This document shows positions 50,454 to 59,582 of a DNA stretch of 64,000 nucleotides, one piece after another (the stretch's first letter is position 1; every line of letters starts with the position of its first letter). Under the pieces are notes generated by a model. The model had not been told where the DNA came from. It did not search any database and saw only the letters and a program-made list of their open reading frames with translations. The DNA lies in NCBI GenBank assembly GCA_965261085.1, contig OZ253442.1, forward strand, positions 1,408,001 through 1,472,000, read 5' to 3'. A program made the translations under genes and the position numbers. The stretch is from a bacterium. GTDB taxonomy: Bacteria; UBA8248.

Positions 50454-51113
50454 CTACGGCCCCAGTCTCTCGACGCGCCACTCCCCGCTTGCTTCCAGCG
50501 TGTAGCGCACGCGGTCGTGGAGGCGGCTGTCCCTGTGCTGCCAGAATTCCACCGCGTGGGGTTTCAGGACGTAACCGCCCCAGTGGGGGGGACGCGGAAC
50601 GTCGCGGCCTGCGTATCGGGCTTCCAGGGCGCGCTCTTGCGCTTCGATAAAGGCGCGGGAGGGAATCACCCGGCTCTGGGGCGAGGCCCACGCGCCTATC
50701 TGGCTGCCGCGCGGGCGGGAGGCGAAATAGGCGTCAGAAACTTCTGCGGGCAGTTTTTCCACGACTCCCTCGGCGCGGACCTGCCGGGCGGGGGGCTTCC
50801 AGTGGAAGAGGATGGCGGCTCTTGCGTCGCGCGCGAGCTGCGCGGCCTTATCGCTCTCATAATTCGTGAAAAAGGGAAAGCCCGGCTCTGCGAAGCCGAG
50901 GTCGCTTAAGTCCTTGTAGAGCACGATGCGCGCAGCGGGCGCGCCGTCCGTCCCCACGGTGGCGAGCGTCATCGCGTCCTCACGGGGAATCGCAGCGCTT
51001 TTCGCCTGCGCGTACCAGCGGCGAAACTGCTCTACCGGATCGGCGGCCACGCTCGCTGTGTCGAGCGCTTCCGCCGCCATCTCGCGGATCAAGTTCTCGT
51101 CCATAGCGCTCAT
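50454..51113 (-). CDS. pdxH: Pyridoxine/pyridoxamine 5'-phosphate oxidase
   Basis: 'AMTLAT', 'FFTNYESDK', 'RQVR', 'YFASRPRGSQIGAWASPQS', 'EFWQ...RLHDR'. Confidence 0.95.
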   Translation of the reverse strand: MSAMDENLIREMAAEALDTASVAADPVEQFRRWYAQAKSAAIPREDAMTLATVGTDGAPAARIVLYKDLSDLGFAEPGFPFFTNYESDKAAQLARDARAAILFHWKPPARQVRAEGVVEKLPAEVSDAYFASRPRGSQIGAWASPQSRVIPSRAFIEAQERALEARYAGRDVPRPPHWGGYVLKPHAVEFWQHRDSRLHDRVRYTLEASGEWRVERLGP

Positions 51114-51243
51114 GGGCCTGACCGATCCGAATCATCGCGGACCTCGGCCCGTATGACATTCTCGTCCATTGCGCTCATGGGCTTGGCGGCTCCGAATCAT
51201 CGCGGGCGTAGGCCTCTATCAAATTCTCGTTCATTTCGTTCAT
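51094..51243. repeat. 65-bp-period degenerate tandem repeat of the pdxH start region (~2.3 copies)
   Basis: ttctcgtccatagcgctcat (51094), ttctcgtccattgcgctcat (51159), ttctcgttcatttcgttcat (51224). Confidence 0.85.
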
Positions 51244-51288
51244 CAGTCAGAAACTCTTTCTGGCGGCGGAGTGGGGATATCGTTATTT

Positions 51289-51753
51289 CTACCCGGCCAC
51301 GCCGACCTGTACGATGCGGGGTTTGTCCACGCCCGCCACGCCCACGTATTTGAATGACTTGCCGTCCAGTTTGCGCGGCTGAAAGCCCTGGACGACGATC
51401 TTCTTGGCTCCGCTCAAGAGCGCGGCGAAGGGCGCGGCCTGCGACTTGGCGTTCACGTCGGTCGGGAACTTGAAGTTCGCCCCCGGTATGTTGGTGAACT
51501 CAATCCGGCCCTTGGCGTCGCTGATCCAGAATTCCGAGATCACCGATTCTTTCGCCACCTTGGCGAGGACGCCGTTGATTTCAGTTTTGTTCATGCCCGC
51601 CTTGAGCGCCGCGGCGATGAGGTGCGCCGTCAGGGTCGCTTCGGCGATCATGTGTTTCGAAACGGCGTCGTCCATCGAGCGGGCCTTCTCGACCCCGGCG
51701 CCCAGGCTGAGACAAAGAGCAAGGATCACGGCGGCTATGAGGGCTTTTGTCAT
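51289..51753 (-). CDS. Secreted protein resembling a stand-alone Cache-like sensor domain
   Basis: Signal peptide, 'EFWISDAKGRIEFT', 'FKYVGV...RIVQVG'. GGAGG RBS. Confidence 0.6.
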   Translation of the reverse strand: MTKALIAAVILALCLSLGAGVEKARSMDDAVSKHMIAEATLTAHLIAAALKAGMNKTEINGVLAKVAKESVISEFWISDAKGRIEFTNIPGANFKFPTDVNAKSQAAPFAALLSGAKKIVVQGFQPRKLDGKSFKYVGVAGVDKPRIVQVGVAG

Positions 51754-51869
51754 CGGGGTTTCCTCCGGATTTCGCCAAACGCGGGATGTTTTTCCTCGAA
51801 CATCCGCGAGATGATACTAGGCGCGGAAACCACCGCGCAAGGGGGCGGCTCTGCGACGCCGCTTCGCGT

Positions 51870-52559
51870 TCAGGCGTCCTTTTTCACCGGCTGTACGTCG
51901 TTCTGAGCGGGGTCGTTGGGGTGGACCCTGTCGGGCTGGATGTAGGGGGCCTGCATCTCGAAGATGTCCTGCGTGCGGCAGTATCGGGGGCCGCCCAGCC
52001 TGCCCACGGGCTGGAGCTTCGCCGGGTCGATGTAGTTTTTCCCCTCGATGGTCATCATCAAATCCTCGCGCACGTGCCAGCGCAGCACTTCGCCGATAAT
52101 GAGGTGCGTCACCCACTCCTTGCCAAAGGGAATCATGCGCTCGAAGCGGCACTCCATCGCCACGGGGGCGTCCTTGATGCGGGGGGCGTCCACCAGGTCT
52201 GCGGGAACCGTCTCTAGGCCCGCCGCCTCGAACTCGCTCTCATCGGGCGCGTAGTTGCCCGCGCAGACGTTCATCGACTCCTCCCAGCCGTTCACCACCG
52301 TGTGGATGACGTAGCCCTTGGTATCGAGAATGTTGCGCGCGGTGTCCTTGGGCTTGTTCTCGCGCTCGCCGACGGAAATCGACGCCATCGGCGGATGGTG
52401 CGACACCATGGTGAAGAAGCTGAAAGGGGCGAGATTCGCGACGCCCGCAGCGCTCATGGTGCTCACCCAGGCGATGGGCCGGGGGACGACCGAGCCGATG
52501 AGCAGGCGGTAAATCTGCTGGTGGTCTATCTCAGCGGTGTCGAAGACGCGGTAGTTCAT
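51870..52559 (-). CDS. Flavin reductase-like FMN-binding protein
   Basis: 'VVPRPIAWVST', 'NLAPFSFF', 'KDTARNI', 'GRLGG..Y'. Confidence 0.9.
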   Translation of the reverse strand: MNYRVFDTAEIDHQQIYRLLIGSVVPRPIAWVSTMSAAGVANLAPFSFFTMVSHHPPMASISVGERENKPKDTARNILDTKGYVIHTVVNGWEESMNVCAGNYAPDESEFEAAGLETVPADLVDAPRIKDAPVAMECRFERMIPFGKEWVTHLIIGEVLRWHVREDLMMTIEGKNYIDPAKLQPVGRLGGPRYCRTQDIFEMQAPYIQPDRVHPNDPAQNDVQPVKKDA

Positions 52560-52562
52560 CTT

Positions 52563-53696
52563 TTATCCTTGTGTCGTGAGGGGAGAGGGAGCGTCTTGGC
52601 TCTCAGCGGGGTATTCGAGCCGCGCGGGGTTCGTGTCTTTTAAGAGCGGCATCACCTCGCGCCCGAAAATCTCCGCTTCTTCCAGATGCGGCCAGCCCGA
52701 GAGGATGAAGTTGCGAACGCCCAGATCGACGTATTCCTTAAGGGCAGCGGCCACCATCTCCGGCGTGCCGACCAGCATGGCGGCTGCGCCAGAGCGCACC
52801 TTGTTCACGCCCATCCAGAGGGTATCGGTGAGCCAGGGGGAGCCGCCCTCGTAGAGTTCGTTCATGCGGCGCTGGCCCTCGCTTTCGGAATGATTGCGCT
52901 GGTCGGCCCACATGCCCGTGTTCTCAAGCGCGCTGTCTTCTAAAAGCGCCTCCGCCGCGCGGCGGGCTTCTTTCTTGGTTTCGCGGCACATCACGTGGAG
53001 CCTGAGGCCGAAGCGCAGGTCATCCCGCCCCGCTTCCTCTGCGCGGCGGCGCATGTCCGCAGCGTCATCTGCGACTTGTTCGGGCGCCACCGCCCACATC
53101 ATGTGCACGTCGGCGTGCTTGGCGCCCACCCGGCGGCCGGCTTCGGAGCTTCCTCCCAGGAATATCGTGGGGTGCGGCTTGGAGACGGGCTTGGCGTAGA
53201 GCGTGGCGTTCTCGATCTGGTAATACTTGCCCGAATAACTGACCGGCTCATCGCTCGTCCAGAGCGCCTTCACGACGTCTAAGAACTCCTCCGTCCGCTC
53301 GTAGCGCTCCGCGTGGGCGAGGTGATCGCCGTAGCGTTTCTGATCAAGCGGCGTCGAGCCCGTCACCACGTTCACCGTGAGCCGCCCGCCCGTTACGGCG
53401 TCATACGTGTTCGCCTGCTGGGCGGTGAGTACGGGGCTCGAAAGCCCGGGCCGGAAAGCCACGCAAAATTTGATGCGCTCCGTGCGCTGGGCCACGGCCA
53501 GGGTGATCATCCAGGCGTCGAGGCAATGCGTGCCCGTCGGCACGAGGAGATTCACGAAGCCCACCGCCTCCGCCGCGCGCGCGACTTCGCTTATGTACTC
53601 CACCGTCGGGGGACGCTCGGGAGTCTTGGCGTTGATGGTGTGGCCGTCGCCGTATCTTCCCGTCGGCAGAAACCATGCGTATTCAGTGAAGGTCAA
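52563..53696 (-). CDS. Luciferase-like flavin monooxygenase (SsuD-like)
   Basis: 'WFLPT..DG', 'LVPTG..CLDAW', 'AFRPG', 'GRLTVNVVTG', 'FILSGWPHLEE'. Confidence 0.88.
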   Translation of the reverse strand: MTFTEYAWFLPTGRYGDGHTINAKTPERPPTVEYISEVARAAEAVGFVNLLVPTGTHCLDAWMITLAVAQRTERIKFCVAFRPGLSSPVLTAQQANTYDAVTGGRLTVNVVTGSTPLDQKRYGDHLAHAERYERTEEFLDVVKALWTSDEPVSYSGKYYQIENATLYAKPVSKPHPTIFLGGSSEAGRRVGAKHADVHMMWAVAPEQVADDAADMRRRAEEAGRDDLRFGLRLHVMCRETKKEARRAAEALLEDSALENTGMWADQRNHSESEGQRRMNELYEGGSPWLTDTLWMGVNKVRSGAAAMLVGTPEMVAAALKEYVDLGVRNFILSGWPHLEEAEIFGREVMPLLKDTNPARLEYPAESQDAPSPLTTQG

Positions 53697-53814
53697 GTTC
53701 GCTCATCCCCCGCGATGCGGACGGAAAAGGGCGGCCCGCCGCATGGGCCGCCCGCATATCCTCGTATCATCTCAAGCGCCCCCTCGCTTCCGGGGCGTTT
53801 TTTCCACTCTTCTT

Positions 53815-54462
53815 CTAGGCGGAAGCCGCCGCTTCGGCCTGCTCGGAGAGCAATTCGTCGAGCAACTCCTCGATGCGCGCAGCCTCCATCCAGTCGGACT
53901 TGTAGGCGATTTTGCCTTCCTTATCCACGATGAACGTCATGTTCGGCATGCGGCCGAATGCGTGCACGACGCTCTCGTCCAAGTCGTCGATCAAAACGGG
54001 CACCTTCATGCCGAATTCCGCCACGAGTTCCGCCGCGTATTTTTTCTTGTGCTCATACGTCTCGTGCTGCGCGTATTTCTTGAAGTGGCTCGTCTCCCCG
54101 GCGTGGGGTTCCTTGGAATACACGACGAAGAATACGACGTCCTCACCCTGGTATTTCTCCTGCAAGCTCTCGACGCCGGCCACCTGCCGGCGGTAGGGGG
54201 GTCACGTGATGGCCCCGAACTCGATGACGATGTTCTTCTTGCCAAAGAAATCAGAGAGGTCGAACGCGGCGTCCTCGGTGGCCTTGAGACGGACGTCCGG
54301 CATCGGGTCGCCCGGCTTCAGGGTGTCGCGGAACGCTTGTTTGCGCTCTTTTCGAGCTCCCATGAGGTTTCGTTTCAAAAACTTCCACTTGTCGATGTAG
54401 AACGCGCTCCAAAGCCCGAACAGCGGACCCGGCGGCCTGTCGAATTCATCCACTTCTCGCAT
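53815..54462 (-). CDS. Iodothyronine-deiodinase-like/peroxiredoxin-fold selenoprotein (Sec at TGA 54202-54204), 215 aa
   Basis: ORFs 54202-54534 and 53815-54183 are in one frame and read FGAIT-U-PPYRRQV, then 'VVYSKEPH' and 'AFGRMPNMTFIVD'. GGAG RBS. Confidence 0.85.
54174..54192 (-). promoter_or_regulatory. Putative bacterial SECIS hairpin
   Basis: cgccggc-aggug-gccggcg, starting 9 nt after the UGA, with a G-containing apical loop. Confidence 0.7.
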
Positions 54463-54603
54463 ACTCACTCCAGATATGGGGTCATGAAAATTTGTTTCCC
54501 CATTAAAAACGAACGAAGCGCGAAGCGCAAGCACGGGGGGAGTGGCGCGCGGGGGTGAGGGGGGGATTAAGGGGTTAGGGGGAGTACTCGGTGAGAGGAA
54601 AGA

Positions 54604-56844
54604 TTATGGGGATCCATTCTGGGATTCCAGCCCATCTGTACTCATCATCATCTTGTAATGAGCGATGTGCCCAGCTTCTTCGAATATTCGCTTGAAAACG
54701 TTCAGATAAATTTGAACATCTGAATCATTAGAGACGTAGAGCGAATCGTGGGCAGAGTGCGAGCCGTCGTTGACCCAAGAGAATAATGAATTGCAAATTT
54801 GTTTTTCTTTCCCTTTAAAATGCTCACAGAGATCGTTGAAATCTACTCCCCCTAGAATCTTGAAATAGTTCTCAAGAATCCTTCGGAGCGTATTTTGAAT
54901 CGCCAAGTTATTCCGGTCGCTATTGCGTACTTCGTCCCACAAGAGTTCATATCCGGTTTTAATTGGATTCGTTTTGTAGCCCTTAATTTTAGAGATGATG
55001 TTAGATTTTCTCACTATCCAGAATGTTTCGTCTTTTAGTTTCTGATTTTCGTCTCTCCTTGAGTCAAAAGAAACCTGCTTGTGAAAATAGACGTTGTGGG
55101 TAAGAACAAAAACTTGTTTGATGGTCCCAGGGCTGTTTCTCATTTCGTCAAAGAGTTTTTGTATCAAAGTGCTGACGATAAAAAGGATGTCGCTGTCGAG
55201 GCTGGATACTGGATCATCGAAAACGACTACACGATCTGATGTGATACCGCTTTCTGATATGCTGCCTTTGAGCAAATGGTAGAAATACAGAAAAGCAACA
55301 AAGCTCTTCTCTCCTTCGCTGAGCGTTGTTTTGGCGTCGGAATGATCAGCACGCTCAATTTTGTAGAACCTGTCGCGGTCGGATTTCGCAAGAGAGAAGC
55401 CTTGGAATCCAAACTCTGTGAGGAAATCGTTTATATCGTCAATCGTAGGTTGAATGCTGGTCGTGTCTTTTTCTAGATTTTTGATTTCTTCTTCTTTGCT
55501 TCGTTCCTTCACAGTCTCTTCTTCGATCTGTTTCTCAAGGTTGGCTATCGCCTTCTCGATATTTTCCTTCTTTTTTTTATAGCTGGCCAAATCGTCTTTG
55601 ATTTCATGATCAAGCAGATATCTCCACACTTGAGCCGTAAGTTCGGATTTCTCTGCTGTTAGATTCTCAACCACTTTGTTGTGGTTACTAATGTCAGTGT
55701 TTGCGGCATCCAAAAGCCTCTTGATGGCATCAAAATTTTCATTTAGAGATTCAAGTTCAACTTCTTTGCTTGGTTCTTGTATTTTCCCCTCAATACGTTG
55801 GATATTTAGATTCATGCTGGGGTCGAGAAGGTCGCTTGCAGCTTGTAGTTTTTCATTGTCAAGGTGCCTTATCGGATTCGTGAGGAGAGTCTGCAAGTTT
55901 TGTCGCAGGTGCTCGGAATCAGACTTATAGTTTTCGTAAAGTTTTTCAATCACATCAGAATCAGCCTTAAAGGTATCGTCGAAGTACTCATTCAAACTTT
56001 GCTCTAGTAAAGGCTCGGTGTCTTGTTGGCAAAAAGGACAAGTAGGTTTTGATTTCTCATAAAACCCTCGGCCTTGTTTGACCCAGTCGCTGTTGCTAAG
56101 TTTTTTGATTATCGCCGCAATGTCGACATCAGATTTTCCAATGACTGGCTTTTGCAGAATCGGGTTGGTTTCGTGAGTGAGCAGAGCCTTTAAATCGGGG
56201 AGTCTAAGCAACTCCTCACGCTGAGGAGTTTCACCAAAAACGGTTTTAGCCCTCTGTTTTAAGTCGTCGAGCGGAGCAAAAGTGGCAGAATTAAGTCTCG
56301 ATTCCTCGATTAGTTTTTTCTTAAATTTCTCTTTGTCTGCCCGATATCCCCTGAGTGCTTCCTTAAAGGGCTCATCGTGTTTTTGCTTCAACTCCCAGAA
56401 TTTTTCGGTAAATTCCTTTTCGCATTCTTGCAACTCTTTACGCTTCCCGCCGTTGCCTTGGTCGTCTTCAAGAGTGTCTCTAAATTTAGCAATGTGGTCT
56501 TTTATGGAATCCAGTTCTTCTTTGGCGCGAGTAATTTGGGCGAGAGTTTCCTTGTCCTTCTCGCCTAGAGTGAAAATCCCTTCGAGTTCATCCGGCTGGT
56601 TGAAGTTCTTATCGATGAAATCACGATTGTAGACTAATGTTTTCAGTTCTGTTTCGTCCTGCCAAGTTATTGCGCAGTCTGAATAGTCTTTAGAATAGTC
56701 TGGGTCATTCGCAATCGCCCGAGAGATCGTTGTCTTCCCTGTAGCGTTTGAGCCGTAGACAAAATTGATCTTCTCTAAACCATCTAACTCCTCTGGAGAT
56801 TCTCCATAGGTTGCAACTTTCTTGATGCTAATCTTCTTGATCAC
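54604..56844 (-). CDS. RloC-like AAA_13 ABC-ATPase/HEPN anticodon nuclease
   Basis: Walker A 'GSNATGKT', coiled coil with zinc-hook CPFC, 'LSEGEK', 'VFDDPVSSLD', 'LTHN', C-terminal 'RRILE...NDGSH'. AT-rich. Confidence 0.85.
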   Translation of the reverse strand: MIKKISIKKVATYGESPEELDGLEKINFVYGSNATGKTTISRAIANDPDYSKDYSDCAITWQDETELKTLVYNRDFIDKNFNQPDELEGIFTLGEKDKETLAQITRAKEELDSIKDHIAKFRDTLEDDQGNGGKRKELQECEKEFTEKFWELKQKHDEPFKEALRGYRADKEKFKKKLIEESRLNSATFAPLDDLKQRAKTVFGETPQREELLRLPDLKALLTHETNPILQKPVIGKSDVDIAAIIKKLSNSDWVKQGRGFYEKSKPTCPFCQQDTEPLLEQSLNEYFDDTFKADSDVIEKLYENYKSDSEHLRQNLQTLLTNPIRHLDNEKLQAASDLLDPSMNLNIQRIEGKIQEPSKEVELESLNENFDAIKRLLDAANTDISNHNKVVENLTAEKSELTAQVWRYLLDHEIKDDLASYKKKKENIEKAIANLEKQIEEETVKERSKEEEIKNLEKDTTSIQPTIDDINDFLTEFGFQGFSLAKSDRDRFYKIERADHSDAKTTLSEGEKSFVAFLYFYHLLKGSISESGITSDRVVVFDDPVSSLDSDILFIVSTLIQKLFDEMRNSPGTIKQVFVLTHNVYFHKQVSFDSRRDENQKLKDETFWIVRKSNIISKIKGYKTNPIKTGYELLWDEVRNSDRNNLAIQNTLRRILENYFKILGGVDFNDLCEHFKGKEKQICNSLFSWVNDGSHSAHDSLYVSNDSDVQIYLNVFKRIFEEAGHIAHYKMMMSTDGLESQNGSP

Positions 56845-57249
56845 ATTGACCTCACAAATTGAAGAGATTCCAAGGACTGGAATTTCAGTTCGTCGTAATT
56901 TGATGGTGCGAGGGCGAGAACATCTTAGTCTCGAAAAGGCATCGATGTTTTCTAAAGGGGAGTATTGCTTGAAGTGGTACTACCCCAAACAGGAAATACC
57001 TACCACAATATAATGTTATTTTCAATTTTTGCATCATAGATTTGGCATATTTAATTATTTTAATTTCTGACATTGTGCGCTAATGTAATAGTGAAAGACG
57101 GTAAAAATTCCTCCCGCCCCATCGATCTCATCGACACGCTTTATCGCCCGAGCGGAGTCGTAGTACATCTTCTGGAAAACTCGTTCAATTTCGTGTATAT
57201 TCCGGCATAGATAGGCAGTGTATCTGCTCTCCCCCCGAAGGAAATCCGA

Positions 57250-57786
57250 ATGACAATCCGCTTTGAGATGAACGAAAACAAGGTCATCGAAGTTTTGTCC
57301 TGGCTGGCGAATGAACAGCCGGGGATCGGTGCTTTTCACGTCTCGAAGGTTCTCTATTATGCGGACAAGGAACACTTGAACCTCTACGGCAGGCCTGTTT
57401 TAGGGGATACATATATCCGAATGGAATTTGGCCCTGTGCCTTCGAAAACATACGATCTGATCAAGAAAGAGAAACTGGAGCAAAGCGTCATAAAGAAATT
57501 CAGGGAAGCCGTTGATGTCCGCGGGGGTTTTCGGCACTTGCATCCCCTGCGGGAGCCGAACATGGAGATGCTTTCACGGACGGATATCGAATGCCTGAGG
57601 AATGCGCTCAAAAAATACGGAACTCGTGATTTTGGAGTTCTGAGTAGAATTTCACATCGTGAGACTGCATGGACGAAGGCGCAGGAAAACGGGCCGATGG
57701 ATTATGAACACATGATTGAACAAGGCCCTAACCAGGAAGAGATCATACAAAATCTCAAAGAGTATTCGCACCAAATCGCATTTTAA
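57250..57786 (+). CDS. Panacea (DUF4065/SocA-like) domain antitoxin
   Basis: 'KVLYYADKEHL..YGRPVLGDTY...FGPVP', 'SH.ETAW'. AAGGA RBS. Confidence 0.85.
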   Translation: MTIRFEMNENKVIEVLSWLANEQPGIGAFHVSKVLYYADKEHLNLYGRPVLGDTYIRMEFGPVPSKTYDLIKKEKLEQSVIKKFREAVDVRGGFRHLHPLREPNMEMLSRTDIECLRNALKKYGTRDFGVLSRISHRETAWTKAQENGPMDYEHMIEQGPNQEEIIQNLKEYSHQIAF

Positions 57787-57789
57787 GCA

Positions 57790-58143
57790 ATGCTGTCCGG
57801 CGACGTCTTTCACTACCATAGCCGTATTACCAGACCGCCAAAAGACAAGTTCATCATCTGTGTTTGCCCGATAGAATTATTGTTCTTTTTCATAAATTCC
57901 AATCCACCCATCCCGGTGGGTGCGGGGGTCGAAATTACGCCATCTGAACTTCCTTGCCTGAGTCACGTATCTTATGTTGATACGTCCATGATGATAATGG
58001 TTTATCCAGAAGAACTGGATGAGACATCAGCGAGGGGCAAGATATTGCTGCCCTTGCGTCGAAAGATTGTGACGTGCGCCCGAAGTCACGGAATTCTCCC
58101 GGAGAGATTCTTGCATTTATTAGAGGAAAATTTCCTTACATAG
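57790..58143 (+). CDS. Hypothetical protein, probable toxin partner of Panacea
   Basis: Starts 3 bp after the Panacea stop. 'PPKDKFIICV....FFFINS', 'LSHVSYVDTS' (loosely PemK-like). Confidence 0.6.
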   Translation: MLSGDVFHYHSRITRPPKDKFIICVCPIELLFFFINSNPPIPVGAGVEITPSELPCLSHVSYVDTSMMIMVYPEELDETSARGKILLPLRRKIVTCARSHGILPERFLHLLEENFLT

Positions 58144-58332
58144 TTTTCAGTCTAACTTCCTTGGGTAAGGTTGGATCTGATCCCACCCCCCTCCCCCATA
58201 GACAAACGCAAAGCCGTGTTTTACCTTCGGTTGAGAGAAAAAACAGGATGGAAAGGCTGTGCGGCGCCCGCCGAACCGGGTGATTTTCAGCCTTTCGTTT
58301 CCGGGGTTCATCCGCAATGCCGAGGTGAGAGA

Positions 58333-59205
58333 GTGAAATACCCCCTGCCGGAGATTCGCCACGATCATGAGAGTTTCGAAGCGCTGGCGGGCCTCCATGC
58401 GCGGACGAAGGATTGCTATCTCGAGGAAATCGAGATCGATTTAAGCGAAACGGCGTATTTCGAGGCCGATATGTGCGCGGCCCTGGGCGCGATTCTCTAT
58501 CGTCTGGGGCGTCAACTGAACACGGTGCGCCTCGTCGGCGTCACCGGGGAGGTGGCGGAAACGCTTTCTAAAAACGGGTTTCTGAGCCACTACGGGCGGG
58601 CGAAACTGCCCGATTCCTGGGGAGCGGCCGTTTCTTATAGAAGGTTCGACGTGCGCGACGATCACCATTTCTCGGGCTACATCGAGCGCGAACTCATCGA
58701 TCGCCCAGGACTCCCCGAGATGCCGCCGGGTCTGGTGAAGAAGTTCCGCGAAAGCATTTTCGAGATATTCAGCAACGCCGTGCTGCATTCCGACACCAGG
58801 CTGGGGATATTCAGTTGCGGGCAATACTTCCCGGAGCTTGAGCGGTTCGATTTCATGGTGACCGACCTTGGCGTCGGCATGCGGCGCAACATCAGGGACC
58901 GCATGGGGCGCAGCTTGGGGTCGGTGGATGCGATCATCTGGGCGACCGAGGAGCACAATACGACCAAGCGCGCCGGCGTGCCGGGCGGGCTGGGCTTGAA
59001 ACTGCTCGGCGAGTTCATCGAGGCGAACGGCGGCTGCATCCGCATCGCCTCCGACGGCGGGTATTGGCAGAAGAAGAAAACCGAGGTCTCCACCGCGACG
59101 CTCGCCCACCCTTTTCCGGGCACCGTGGTGAGTCTCGAGGTCAAAACCTCGGACGCAGGCGCCTACAGGGTCGCCTCCGGGGTGAGCGTCGACGATATTT
59201 TCTGA
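58333..59205 (+). CDS. STAS-like plus HATPase (GHKL) ATP-binding protein
   Basis: N-box 'EIFSNAVLHS', G1 'DLGVG', G2 'GGLGL', 'PGTVV'. No HisKA helix. GTG start after GAGGTG. Confidence 0.82.
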   Translation: MKYPLPEIRHDHESFEALAGLHARTKDCYLEEIEIDLSETAYFEADMCAALGAILYRLGRQLNTVRLVGVTGEVAETLSKNGFLSHYGRAKLPDSWGAAVSYRRFDVRDDHHFSGYIERELIDRPGLPEMPPGLVKKFRESIFEIFSNAVLHSDTRLGIFSCGQYFPELERFDFMVTDLGVGMRRNIRDRMGRSLGSVDAIIWATEEHNTTKRAGVPGGLGLKLLGEFIEANGGCIRIASDGGYWQKKKTEVSTATLAHPFPGTVVSLEVKTSDAGAYRVASGVSVDDIF

Positions 59206-59216
59206 GAAAGGGAACC

Positions 59217-59582
59217 ATGATGCGCAAGGATATCGCCATATCCATTTTCGAAGTGGTGGGCAGTCCTCTTTGCGTCGCTTCGGGCGATGGCCAGAAGGTG
59301 TATGAGCGTCTTGCGTCGGTGCTCGCGGAAGAATACGGCGCGGTGCTCTCGTTCCACAACGTCCATATGCTGACCTCGGCCTTTTTGAACACCGCCATAG
59401 GCCAGTTGTACGGCAAATTCACAGAGGAGCGGATTCGCTCCTCCTTGAGCGTGGTGGACATGGAGCCCGAGGACGTAGCACTTCTCAAGCGCGTCGTCGA
59501 GACGGCCAAGCGCTACTTCAAGGACCCCGAAAGATTCGAGCAGGCGAGCCGCGACGCGCTTGAGGACGATGATGACGCGTGA
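59217..59582 (+). CDS. STAS-like domain protein (DUF4325)
   Basis: 'DGQKVYE', 'VLSF.NV..LTSAFLNTAIGQLY'. Confidence 0.82.
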   Translation: MMRKDIAISIFEVVGSPLCVASGDGQKVYERLASVLAEEYGAVLSFHNVHMLTSAFLNTAIGQLYGKFTEERIRSSLSVVDMEPEDVALLKRVVETAKRYFKDPERFEQASRDALEDDDDA

